In this document: positions 19,913 through 28,891 of the stretch, piece by piece
Position numbering within the stretch: the first letter of the stretch is position 1
How the letters are laid out: each line of letters opens with the position of its first letter
From: Eubacteriales bacterium
Lineage (GTDB): Bacteria; Bacillota; Clostridia; Oscillospirales; CAG-272
DNA length: 64,000 nucleotides
Direction: 5' to 3'
Assembly (NCBI GenBank): GCA_051867815.1
Contig: JBJDZD010000141.1
Coordinates: 19,432 to 83,431, forward strand
Translations under genes and position numbers: made by a program
The notes under the pieces: model-generated
Seen by the model: only the letters and a program-made list of their open reading frames with translations
Database searches by the model: none
What the model was told of the DNA's origin: nothing

Positions 19913-20952
19913 TAATCAAGGCAGATTATTCCGCCGCCCAGGAGGTCGTCGCCGTCAAAGAAAACGGCGGACTGACCGGGGGCAGGTGCCCGCTGTGGGC
20001 TTTCAAACTCAATGAGCGCCCTGCCGCCGCCGAGGGAGGTGACGGTCGCACGCCCCGGCTTCTTTGTATAGCGAAGGCTGACGCTTGCCGTGAAAGGCGT
20101 ATCGGGAAGGTCGCCGGCAAAATAGCGGCAGTTTTCGGCATACACTCGCGTGCGGTACAGCTCGTTCTCGCGGCAGAGGACGATGTTGCCGCTTTCGCCG
20201 TCAATGCTCCTGACATATAGGGGTGTGGGCGCGGAAATGCCAAGCCCTTTGCGCTGACCGACCGTGTAAAACAGAATGCCCCTGTGCGTGCCGAGAATAT
20301 TGCCGCAGATGTCGGTGAAGGAGCCGGTCTTCGGCTCTTTTTTTGACCTTTCGCGCACAAAATCGCCGCAACCGATGCCCTTTATGAAGCATATATCCTG
20401 GCTGTCGGGAGAGGATGCCGAGGGGATGCCGAGCTTCGATGCAAGTGCGCGTATTTCGGGCTTCGTCATGCCCGAAAGAGGGAATAAGAGGCGCAAAAGA
20501 ACGTCTTCGCCGAGCATATACAGAAAATAGCTCTGATCCTTTGCTTTATCCGTCGCGGCGGTGATGACGGGATGCCCGTCGCGCCGACCGACTGAGGCGT
20601 AATGCCCCGTAGCGATATACTCACAGCCAAGCTCGTCCGCCGCCCGAAGCAGGCCGGGAAATTTGACGAAGCCGTTGCAAAGAACGCAGGGGTTGGGAGT
20701 GCGACCGCGCTCGTATTCCGCAACGAAAGGCGAGAGAACAAATTTCTCAAAGTCCGCTCGCATATCAAGGGTTATATGTGGTATTCCGATGGCATCCGCC
20801 ACCTTTTTGGCGTTTGCGGCATCCTTTTCGTGAATGTCGTGCATGATGAGCGTTGCCCCCGTGACCTCGTAGCCCGATTGCATAAGGAGCACCGCGGCAG
20901 TACTGCTGTCAACGCCTCCGCTCATTCCGATAAGTACTTTTGACATGATCAA
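19912..20952 (-). CDS. mnmA: tRNA 2-thiouridine(34) synthase
   Basis: The PP-loop IGMSGGVDSS is present, along with RTPNPCVLCN and GHYA. Length is 346 aa. Confidence 0.9.
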   Translation of the reverse strand: MIMSKVLIGMSGGVDSSTAAVLLMQSGYEVTGATLIMHDIHEKDAANAKKVADAIGIPHITLDMRADFEKFVLSPFVAEYERGRTPNPCVLCNGFVKFPGLLRAADELGCEYIATGHYASVGRRDGHPVITAATDKAKDQSYFLYMLGEDVLLRLLFPLSGMTKPEIRALASKLGIPSASSPDSQDICFIKGIGCGDFVRERSKKEPKTGSFTDICGNILGTHRGILFYTVGQRKGLGISAPTPLYVRSIDGESGNIVLCRENELYRTRVYAENCRYFAGDLPDTPFTASVSLRYTKKPGRATVTSLGGGRALIEFESPQRAPAPGQSAVFFDGDDLLGGGIICLD

Positions 20953-21239
20953 TTCCTCAATTTTTTTAATATTATATTATATTATTTTTGTTTTGTCAAC
21001 AAAATTTACAATTCAATATGGTTTTTTTCTCAAAAATGTTGTATAATAAAATGAATATGTCTATTAAAACTCAAAAAGGATAATAGCGTGAAAAACAAAG
21101 CGCGTCAAAAATCGAAGTGCATCTGTTTCACGCCAAAATTGCTCTCAAACCGGGACCCAACCCATTTTGATTTGCTTTGCAAATACGAGCAATTTTAATA
21201 AAATTTATTTGAGCCGCCCGCGGCGGTATGGAGATTGAT

Positions 21240-24017
21240 ATGAAACTTGAAACCCTGCTTTTCGGAGATTACAGCAAAAGAGAAATAAAAAAGATAAAGC
21301 CGATGGCGGATGCCGTCGATGCCCTTGCGGACAAATACCGCGCCATGAGCGAGGCGGAGCTTCGCGGCATGAGCGACGTTCTTCGTGCCCGTCTTGAGGG
21401 CGGCGAGACACTCAACGACATCCTGCCCGATGCCTTTGCGGCGGTTCGCGAGGTTGCAGACCGCATACTCGGCAAGCGACCTTTCTACGTTCAGATACTC
21501 GGCGGCATCCTGCTTCATCAGGGCAGAATTGCCGAAATGAAAACCGGCGAAGGCAAGACCCTCGTTGCAACCATGCCCACCTATCTCAACGCACTCACCG
21601 GCAATGGCGTTCACGTAGTCACCGTCAACGACTACCTTGCTTTCCGCGACGCCAACGAAATGGGCAGGATATTTGAATTTCTCGGTATGACGACGGGTGT
21701 CATTCTCAAGCAGATGTCCGCTGCAGAGAAGCGCCGTCAGTACGCCTGCGATATCACCTACGGAACAAACACCGAGTTCGGCTTTGACTACCTGCGCGAC
21801 AATCTCGCTCGCAGTAAGGCAGAGATGCTCCAGCGCGGCCACAATTTCTGCATCATCGACGAGGTCGACTCCATACTCATCGACGAAGCGCGAACCCCCC
21901 TCATCATTTCGGGCGTAAGCGACAAGACATCGGATATTTACGAGAAGTGTGACGCCGTCGTACGCAAGATGAAGCCCAAGGTCTTAAAGGAGATGGACGA
22001 TAAGGCGGAGACCGACGACGAGAACGCGGATTACATCGTTGACGAGAAGCGCGGAAGCGCCGTGCTGACTCCCCGCGGTATAAGAAAGGTCGAGGCTCAT
22101 TTCGGCATCGAAAACCTCAACGATCCGGAGAACGCCGTCATTGCTCACAGTGTTAATCAAGCCGTTCACGCCTGGGGCGTTAAGAAAAAGGAAGTTGATT
22201 ACGTTGTCGTTGACGGCGAGGTGCTGATAGTTGACCCACACACGGGCAGACTTATGCACGGCAGACGCTATCAGGACGGCCTGCACCAGGCAATCGAGGC
22301 CAAGGAGCGCGTGAATATCAAGGGCGAGAGCCGCGTCACCGCCACGGTCACGATTCAAAATTACTTCCGCATGTATCAGAAGCTTTCGGGCATGACGGGC
22401 ACGGCAAAGACCGAGGAGGACGAATTCCGCCAGATATACGGTCTTGATGTCGTAGAGGTGCCGACGAATAAGCCGATGATACGCATTGATAATCCCGACC
22501 GCGTTTTCGTTGACGAAAAGACCAAATATGCCGCCATCGTCAAGCACGTAGCCGAGTGCCACGCAAAGGGTCAGCCGGTTCTCATCGGTACGCCCTCCGT
22601 TGAAAAGTCGGAGAATCTTGGCAAGGTCCTCAAGGCGGCGGGCTTTAAGTTCAATATGCTCAATGCGAAGAATCACGAGCGCGAGGCGGATATAATTGCC
22701 GAGGCAGGTCGCCCCGGTGCAATAACGCTTGCCACAAACATGGCAGGACGCGGAACGGACATCATGCTCGGCGGCAACCCCGAGCATATGGCAAAGGCTG
22801 AGATGGCACGCCTCGGAATTCGCCCGGAGCTTATCGCGGAGGCGACCGGAACGGCGCCTACGGACAATGTTGACATCCGCAATGCAAGAAATACCTTTAA
22901 GATATATTATGAAAGATACAAGGAGCAGATAGAGCCTGACCGCCGGGCGGTCATTGCCGCAGGCGGACTTTGCATCATCGGCTCGGAGAGGCACGAATCG
23001 AGAAGAATAGACAATCAGCTCCGCGGCCGTGCCGGCCGTCAGGGCGACCCCGGAGCATCCACCTTCTATATCTCGCTTACGGATGACATTATGCGCCTGT
23101 TCGGCGACGACAGAATGAAGCGCTTCTCGGCGTTTTCCGCAAACCTCATGAAGGACACGGACGGCGACCTCTCACAGAACACCAAGATACTCTCCGACGT
23201 CATGGAGAAGGCGCAGAAGAACGTTGAAGCGGCTCATTTCAGATCGCGAAAGAATGTTCTTCAATACGATGATATCCTAAACGAACAGCGCAAGCAGATC
23301 TATTCGTTGCGCAACGAGATCATTGCCGAGGGTGACATATCCTCTCGAATCGTTCACATGATCGGCTCCACGGTTGAGGATTCGATTGAGGATTGCATTG
23401 TAGTACCCGAGGGAGCAAAGCATCCCGTTATTGATATCAAGGCTCTTGAAGCGAGGTATATCGGTTGGGGTTGCTCTGCCGGTGAGCTTGACTTTGCCGA
23501 AGGCAAGCCTGCTGCCGATGTTGCGCATGAGCTTCGCGATCTCATTACCGAGAGGAGCGAGTCGCTCTATCGCGAGCGTGCCGCAACGGACGAGGACAGA
23601 ATGCGCCGCTTTGAGCGTGCCGTGCTTCTGCACAACCTCGATGAGCACTGGCTTGATCACATCGACGCCATGGATGCGCTGAAGGAATCCGTAATGCTCC
23701 AGGCGTACGCTCAAAAGGATCCTCTCAAGGAATATAAGCTGATCGGTTCGAGCATGTTTGCCGATCTGATCAACGAGATAAGGCAAAGCACCGTTCGCGA
23801 GGTGCTGACCCGTAAGCTCCCCGAGGTCATTGTTATCTCTCCTGCAGAGCTTAAAAATCTGCAGATGGGTCGTGCCGGTGCACCCGGTGCGGCAAAGGCG
23901 GCACAGATGACCCCTGCGCAGAGACGCGCGGAGAAGGTCGGCCCGAACGACCCCTGCCCCTGCGGAAGCGGCAAGAAGTTCAAGAAGTGCTGCGGTGCCG
24001 GCGGCGGTGAGAACTAA
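21240..24017 (+). CDS. secA: Preprotein translocase ATPase SecA
   Basis: MKTGEGKTLVATMP (Walker A), the DEVDSILIDEARTPLIISG DEAD-like box and the C-terminal zinc finger CPCGSGKKFKKCCG are present. ATG 21240 has a GGAG RBS 6 nt upstream. Confidence 0.95.
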   Translation: MKLETLLFGDYSKREIKKIKPMADAVDALADKYRAMSEAELRGMSDVLRARLEGGETLNDILPDAFAAVREVADRILGKRPFYVQILGGILLHQGRIAEMKTGEGKTLVATMPTYLNALTGNGVHVVTVNDYLAFRDANEMGRIFEFLGMTTGVILKQMSAAEKRRQYACDITYGTNTEFGFDYLRDNLARSKAEMLQRGHNFCIIDEVDSILIDEARTPLIISGVSDKTSDIYEKCDAVVRKMKPKVLKEMDDKAETDDENADYIVDEKRGSAVLTPRGIRKVEAHFGIENLNDPENAVIAHSVNQAVHAWGVKKKEVDYVVVDGEVLIVDPHTGRLMHGRRYQDGLHQAIEAKERVNIKGESRVTATVTIQNYFRMYQKLSGMTGTAKTEEDEFRQIYGLDVVEVPTNKPMIRIDNPDRVFVDEKTKYAAIVKHVAECHAKGQPVLIGTPSVEKSENLGKVLKAAGFKFNMLNAKNHEREADIIAEAGRPGAITLATNMAGRGTDIMLGGNPEHMAKAEMARLGIRPELIAEATGTAPTDNVDIRNARNTFKIYYERYKEQIEPDRRAVIAAGGLCIIGSERHESRRIDNQLRGRAGRQGDPGASTFYISLTDDIMRLFGDDRMKRFSAFSANLMKDTDGDLSQNTKILSDVMEKAQKNVEAAHFRSRKNVLQYDDILNEQRKQIYSLRNEIIAEGDISSRIVHMIGSTVEDSIEDCIVVPEGAKHPVIDIKALEARYIGWGCSAGELDFAEGKPAADVAHELRDLITERSESLYRERAATDEDRMRRFERAVLLHNLDEHWLDHIDAMDALKESVMLQAYAQKDPLKEYKLIGSSMFADLINEIRQSTVREVLTRKLPEVIVISPAELKNLQMGRAGAPGAAKAAQMTPAQRRAEKVGPNDPCPCGSGKKFKKCCGAGGGEN

Positions 24018-24694
24018 TGGGCTACGGTCTGGTTTTGGTGGGATATGCGATAACGTTTTTCGTGTCGCTTTCCCTTTACGGCTGGATATTTCGCCTGCTC
24101 GGCTATGCCTTGATGGCGTACGGTCTTATCAAGCTGCGCGATTATTTTCCGAGCTACGCGCTCTCGGTCTTTGCCCTGCTTGCACTTTTTGCAGTCGGGC
24201 TTTGCGAGGGTGTTTGCGAGATCTCCCCGGAGCTTGCCGCAGAGCAGTTCAAGACCGTCGTTTATTACATTCGCGACGGCTTGGTGCTTTTGTTTCATAT
24301 TTTCTTCTTTGCGTCGACCTACGTTGCCTACGGTGTGGTGGATATGAATGAGAAGAGAATTTCCGTGGTGACGGATCTTTGTGCCGTTACCGTCGGTTAC
24401 GTACTGTACGTGCTTTCCGCTTTCAAGGTCATCGGCGCGGATATTGCGTTTTTCGCGCAGCTGATCTGGACGGTTATGACCTTCATCCTCATCCTCGGCT
24501 GTTATATGCGCATTTGCCCGGAGGGCGACGAGGATATGCCTCGGCGCAAGTCGAAAATCACTTTCGTCAATCGCTTTGCCGAGGCACTTGAGAAGCGCGA
24601 AAAAGAAGCCGTCGAGCGCACGCGGCGCGAGATGGAGGAAAAGAAAAAGCAGACGGAATCGGGCAAGAAAACAAAACGCAAAAAGAAAAAGTAG
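24017..24694 (+). CDS. Polytopic membrane protein with Lys-rich cytoplasmic tail, unknown function
   Basis: The ATG overlaps the secA stop (TAATG). About 6 hydrophobic helices are followed by REKEAVERTRREMEEKKKQTESGKKTKRKKKK. Confidence 0.6.
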   Translation: MGYGLVLVGYAITFFVSLSLYGWIFRLLGYALMAYGLIKLRDYFPSYALSVFALLALFAVGLCEGVCEISPELAAEQFKTVVYYIRDGLVLLFHIFFFASTYVAYGVVDMNEKRISVVTDLCAVTVGYVLYVLSAFKVIGADIAFFAQLIWTVMTFILILGCYMRICPEGDEDMPRRKSKITFVNRFAEALEKREKEAVERTRREMEEKKKQTESGKKTKRKKKK

Positions 24695-24714
24695 ACCGTA
24701 TAGTGAGGTATAGC

Positions 24715-26124
24715 ATGTCTTTTTCTCAAAAAAGAGTTAAATTCGGCAAATACATGGGGCTTGGGTGGGCGTGCGCTTCGGTCGCGTTCCTTTTCAACCC
24801 CGATATTGCGCTGATTGACGTTTTGCCCGATTTTATCGGATATGTCTTTCTTTGCATTTCACTTATCTACTTGCGCGATATTTCGTCTCATTTTGAGGCG
24901 GCATGGAAGAAATTCCGTCTGCTTGCATGCCTTGGGGCATTGAAGCTTGCCGCACTTTTTTGGGTGTTCGGCGGACTTAAGAATGCCAACGAGCAGCCGA
25001 CTATGATGCTCCTGCTTTCCTTCTGCTTTTCGCTCGGTGAGTTGATAATCGGCATCCCTGCGTGGCGCGAGCTGATCGAGGGCTTTATCGTTCACGCGCA
25101 GACTGCGGGTGGCGATTTTCCGCTTCGGGAAAAGGGTGCGCGCGCCGACAGAGCCGGTAAGAATATCAGTTATTCGTTCAGGGACCTCACCGTTTTTTTC
25201 ATTTGCGCGAAAGCGTTCCTTGCCAATATTTCGGAATTTGCCGTCCTCTCCGAGCATTCGTATGACGATACCGCGTTTAATTGGTATCTCTTTATCGGCC
25301 TTTTTCGCTCGGTGTCACTCCTTGTCGGCATCGCGGTCGGTATCATTTGGCTTGTGGGAGCGATAAGGTATTTCCGCGGCATTTTGCACGATGCAGAGCT
25401 TATTGAGAGCGCAAAGCACAAGTATGAGACCGTCGTGCTTCCCAATACAGGACTTTTCATCAGGCGCGATATTTCATTCACGCTCGGCGTTTTCTGCATC
25501 GCTTGCCTGACTACTGCTGACCTTTACCTTGACTTTGTCAACTTCATACCCGATACCGTAACGGCTCTTTTGCTTGTTTGGGTATTTATAAGGCTGAAGC
25601 CGTATTTCAAGCATTACCTCACGGGGCTTGTCCTTTCCGCCGTTTACGGTGCGGTAAGCATTTGGGGTGCTACTGTTTCATACGGATTCATCAGCGACCC
25701 GATAGACGTTTCGCGGACATGGGTAAATCCCAAGATCTTTGCCGAATTTTGGAAAATGTACCCGGTAAGAATAATCGAAGCCTTGCTTTTCGGTGCATCC
25801 ATGGCAGTTGCGCTCATGGGCGTGCGCGCGATAATAAAGGGACATTGCGGCTACGTGCCGTCCACGATGAGCGAGGACTACCGAACGTCCCGTATCGAGG
25901 CGATTCAAAAGGAAGTCGGCGGCAAGGTGACGCTCTGCCTCGTCTTTGCCGTGCTTACCATGCTTTCGGGCGGGCTTTACGAGCTTATCCTCTCGTTTGA
26001 CGTATTCATAAGCGAGGTATGGTGGCTTATCAATTTCGTCGTTTCGGGCATTCTCTTCGGCACGTCGATATACATGATGAGCGCCGTTTGCGAGGAAGTT
26101 GATTCGAGATATATGCTTGACTGA
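24715..26124 (+). CDS. Polytopic membrane protein (about 10 TM), unknown function
   Basis: A GAGG RBS lies 6 nt before ATG 24715. The motif PDFIGYVFLCISLIYLRD resembles GYALMAYGLIKLRDY of the preceding protein. Confidence 0.6.
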   Translation: MSFSQKRVKFGKYMGLGWACASVAFLFNPDIALIDVLPDFIGYVFLCISLIYLRDISSHFEAAWKKFRLLACLGALKLAALFWVFGGLKNANEQPTMMLLLSFCFSLGELIIGIPAWRELIEGFIVHAQTAGGDFPLREKGARADRAGKNISYSFRDLTVFFICAKAFLANISEFAVLSEHSYDDTAFNWYLFIGLFRSVSLLVGIAVGIIWLVGAIRYFRGILHDAELIESAKHKYETVVLPNTGLFIRRDISFTLGVFCIACLTTADLYLDFVNFIPDTVTALLLVWVFIRLKPYFKHYLTGLVLSAVYGAVSIWGATVSYGFISDPIDVSRTWVNPKIFAEFWKMYPVRIIEALLFGASMAVALMGVRAIIKGHCGYVPSTMSEDYRTSRIEAIQKEVGGKVTLCLVFAVLTMLSGGLYELILSFDVFISEVWWLINFVVSGILFGTSIYMMSAVCEEVDSRYMLD

Positions 26125-26125
26125 T

Positions 26126-26155
26126 GCATAAAGCTTGTGTTGCTCGGCAATAATT
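26126..26155 (+). promoter_or_regulatory. Candidate forespore (sigma-F-like) promoter upstream of the N/Q micro-ORF
   Basis: GCATA (26126-26130), a 15-nt spacer and GGCAATAATT (26146-26155) compare with the Bacillus sigma-F consensus GCATR-15-GGnRAnAHTR, matching 9 of 10 positions in the -10 element. The motif is short and degenerate, so the match could be chance. Confidence 0.3.
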
Positions 26156-26226
26156 CTATTGCGGTCGCGTAGTTGTACGGTAACTCTCGTACGGACATGC
26201 AAAATTATACCGCAAAGGATACACTA

Positions 26227-26364
26227 ATGAACAACAACCAGAATCAGAACAAGCAGAACAACCGTAATCAGAACCAGAACAAAAATCAGAATCAAAACAA
26301 GAATCAGAACCAGAACAACAACCAGAACAACAACCAGAATCAGAACCAAAACAAGAACAACTGA
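26227..26364 (+). CDS. 45-aa Asn/Gln/Lys-only micro-protein
   Basis: An AAAGGA RBS lies 7 nt before ATG 26227. The sequence is MNNNQNQNKQNNRNQNQNKNQNQNKNQNQNNNQNNNQNQNQNKNN (26 N, 13 Q, 4 K, 1 R, 1 M). Variation between repeat units falls at + frame wobble positions (AAC/AAT, CAG/CAA, AAG/AAA). A strong terminator follows. Confidence 0.5.
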   Translation: MNNNQNQNKQNNRNQNQNKNQNQNKNQNQNNNQNNNQNQNQNKNN

Positions 26365-26377
26365 GGAAATAAGACGA

Positions 26378-26415
26378 ACATCCGACTGTTGCTTGCAACG
26401 GTCGGATGTCTTTTC
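26378..26415 (+). terminator. Intrinsic terminator after the N/Q micro-ORF
   Basis: The stem ACATCCGAC...GTCGGATGT has an inner GTTGC/GCAAC extension and is followed by CTTTTC. Confidence 0.7.
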
Positions 26416-26426
26416 GAAGGAAATCA

Positions 26427-28850
26427 ATGCCGAATTTAAGAGAAAGATACATAAACGCAAAGCGACGCCTTTTCGAGAAGGCGATAACAAATCTGAACGA
26501 CCGTCAGCGCGACGCCGTTTTTGCAACCGAGGGACCCTTGCTCGTTATTGCAGGTGCCGGGAGCGGAAAAACTACCGTTCTCGTTCACCGCATCGCGCAG
26601 ATAATCAAATACGGAAATGCGTATTGGAGTGAGGAAGTGCCGCCGGAAACCGACGAGGTCACGGTTGCGGCACTTGAAGAGGCGTCAGGCTACCCTGCCG
26701 AGTATATCAAGCCGATTCTCGATGAGTTCATAACGTCTCCATGCCCTCCGTGGAACGTCCTTGCCATTACCTTTACCAACAAGGCGGCAAATGAGATGAA
26801 GGAGCGCCTTACGCGAATGTTCGATGACGAGGAGATAGCCAAGAGCATTTGGGCAGGCACCTTCCATGCAATCTGCATGCGCATCCTGCGCAAGTACGGC
26901 GATCGCCTCGGATACAGCGGCAATCTCACGATTTACGATACCGACGACAGCAAAAAGCTCCTTTCGGCGATAATGAAGGAGCAGAATATAGATGAAAAGT
27001 CCTTTACCGTCAAGTCCGTAATGGGCGAGATCAGCCGTGCCAAGGAAAAGCTCCTCGACCCGGACGGTTACTTGGACGATTCAAAGATGGGATATCGCGA
27101 GAAGATTTACGCGCGCATCTACCGCGAGTATCAAAAGCGTTTGGAGGCCTCAAACGCGCTTGATTTTGACGATATAATCATGCAAACGGTCTTTCTTCTC
27201 CGCAAGGATGAGGAGGTGCGCAAGTATTATTCCGGCAAATTCCGCTATATTTGCGTTGATGAGTATCAGGACACAAATCCGGCTCAGTTTGCACTCTGCT
27301 CGCTCCTTGCCTCAACCTGGCGCAATATTATGGTAGTGGGAGACGACGACCAGAGCATTTACCGCTTCCGAGGCGCAACGATTGAGAACATTTTAAGCTT
27401 TGATAAGACCTATCCGGATGCGCGAGTCATTAAGCTTGAGCAGAATTACCGTTCGACCAAAACCATCCTCGATGCGGCTAACGCCGTTATCGGCAAGAAT
27501 GAGGGTCGCCACCCGAAAACTCTCTGGACGGAGAACTCATCGGGCAAGAAGATCGTTCTTGAGGAATGTGAGGACGAGGGCGCGGAGGCGCGAAAGATCG
27601 CGGATCTGATCCTGAAGCTCGTTGCCGAGAAGAAATATACATACCGCGATTTTGCGGTTCTTTACCGTGTAAACGCACAGTCCAACACCCTTGAACGAAC
27701 CTTTGCCAAGAGCGCGCTGCCTTACCGCATTTACGGCGGCGTTCGATTCGGCGACCGCAAGGAGATCAAGGACGTCGTCGCATATCTCCAGCTCATAAAC
27801 AACACCGCCGACCGCGTGCGATTAAAGCGCATTATCAACGAGCCTCGCCGCAAGATCGGCGAGGTCACCCTGAATGCCGTTGAGAGTATAGCGGACGAAA
27901 CGGGCAAAACGATGTTTGAGGTCATGCGTGAGGCAAACCGCCACGTGGCTCTTGCGCGTTCGGCTCATATCCTGGTGGACTTTGCGGAAATGATTGACGG
28001 CTTGCGCAAGATGCTCGAAGACGGCTGTCCGCTTGATGCGTTTGTGACGAACGTACTTGACCGCTCCGGCTACAGACAGATGCTTATTGACGGCGGCGAG
28101 GCAGAGAGGGACAGGCTGGATAACGTTGACGAATTTGTTTCGGGCGTTATGGAGTATATGAAGAACAACGAGGAGCCGACGCTCACCGGCTTCCTTGAGG
28201 AGACCTCGCTCGTTGCGGATGTTGACCGCTACGACGAAAGTGCGGATGCTGTGGTACTTATGACCATCCACAGCGCAAAAGGACTTGAATTCCCCGTTGC
28301 CATCATTCCCGGACTTGAGGAGGGAATCTTCCCCGGAACACAGTCCATGAACGATCCCGGGGAGCTGGAGGAGGAGCGCAGACTTGCATACGTTGCAATC
28401 ACGCGCGCCAAAAAGGAGCTGTTCCTCTTTAGGGCGGAAAGAAGGCTTCTCTACGGAAGGACGATGTACAATCCCGTCTCCCGATTCGTTGAGGACATCC
28501 CGGCGGAGCTTGTGGACGAGAAGCAGAAGGCGCCTGCAAGGGCAAGCGAGTATTCGTGGGGCAACCATTCGACGGGTCCCAAGACCTATTTCGGCGGAAG
28601 CGGCACAGGCATGCGCCCCGTGCAGAAATACGGCGCCGGCGCGCAAAGGCCGGCCGCTCCGAAGCCGACGGTCGCGAAGAAGCCTGCCGCCGTGTTTGCA
28701 CCCGGTGACAGGGTAAAGCACCTTGCCTTCGGAGAGGGCACCGTACTCGCCGCCAAGCAAATGGGCTCGGATATTATGTACGAAGTAATGTTTGAGAATG
28801 CCGGAACGAAAAAGCTTATGGCAACCTACGCAAAGCTGACAAAAATATAA
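26427..28850 (+). CDS. pcrA: ATP-dependent DNA helicase PcrA/UvrD family
   Basis: AGAGSGKT (motif I), VDEYQDTN (motif II), QNYRST and TIHSAKGLEF are present, plus a C-terminal Tudor-like FAPGDRVKHLAFGEGTVL. ATG 26427 is preferred because ATG 26406 sits inside the upstream terminator hairpin. Confidence 0.9.
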   Translation: MPNLRERYINAKRRLFEKAITNLNDRQRDAVFATEGPLLVIAGAGSGKTTVLVHRIAQIIKYGNAYWSEEVPPETDEVTVAALEEASGYPAEYIKPILDEFITSPCPPWNVLAITFTNKAANEMKERLTRMFDDEEIAKSIWAGTFHAICMRILRKYGDRLGYSGNLTIYDTDDSKKLLSAIMKEQNIDEKSFTVKSVMGEISRAKEKLLDPDGYLDDSKMGYREKIYARIYREYQKRLEASNALDFDDIIMQTVFLLRKDEEVRKYYSGKFRYICVDEYQDTNPAQFALCSLLASTWRNIMVVGDDDQSIYRFRGATIENILSFDKTYPDARVIKLEQNYRSTKTILDAANAVIGKNEGRHPKTLWTENSSGKKIVLEECEDEGAEARKIADLILKLVAEKKYTYRDFAVLYRVNAQSNTLERTFAKSALPYRIYGGVRFGDRKEIKDVVAYLQLINNTADRVRLKRIINEPRRKIGEVTLNAVESIADETGKTMFEVMREANRHVALARSAHILVDFAEMIDGLRKMLEDGCPLDAFVTNVLDRSGYRQMLIDGGEAERDRLDNVDEFVSGVMEYMKNNEEPTLTGFLEETSLVADVDRYDESADAVVLMTIHSAKGLEFPVAIIPGLEEGIFPGTQSMNDPGELEEERRLAYVAITRAKKELFLFRAERRLLYGRTMYNPVSRFVEDIPAELVDEKQKAPARASEYSWGNHSTGPKTYFGGSGTGMRPVQKYGAGAQRPAAPKPTVAKKPAAVFAPGDRVKHLAFGEGTVLAAKQMGSDIMYEVMFENAGTKKLMATYAKLTKI

Positions 28851-28855
28851 AATTT

Positions 28856-28885
28856 AACCGGACTGTATCGAGGTACAGTCCGGTT
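28856..28885. terminator. Hairpin between convergent pcrA and S1-domain gene
   Basis: A 12-bp perfect stem AACCGGACTGTA/TACAGTCCGGTT has a 6-nt loop. The U-tracts are weak on both sides. Confidence 0.6.
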
Positions 28886-28891
28886 TCATAT

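Noticed and set aside
26227-26364. The repeat considered as a CRISPR array or a non-coding microsatellite.
   Set aside because: The repeat unit is only 6 nt and has no spacers, so it is not a CRISPR. Its imperfect, codon-phased degeneracy argues for a coding repeat rather than a neutral microsatellite.
26406-26426. ATG 26406 as the pcrA start, as in the ORF track.
   Set aside because: This ATG lies inside the 3' arm of the upstream terminator hairpin and has no RBS. ATG 26427 has an AAGGA RBS 5 nt upstream and gives a normal PcrA N-terminus.
26224-26526. Minus-strand readings of the hexanucleotide repeat: a Val/Leu-only 100-aa ORF, and a Cys/Ser/Gly-rich ORF at 26156..26452.
   Set aside because: Both run through the terminator hairpin and the pcrA start region. 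Repeat-unit differences sit at wobble positions of the + frame only. The + frame also has an RBS and a terminator, and the flanking genes are on the + strand.
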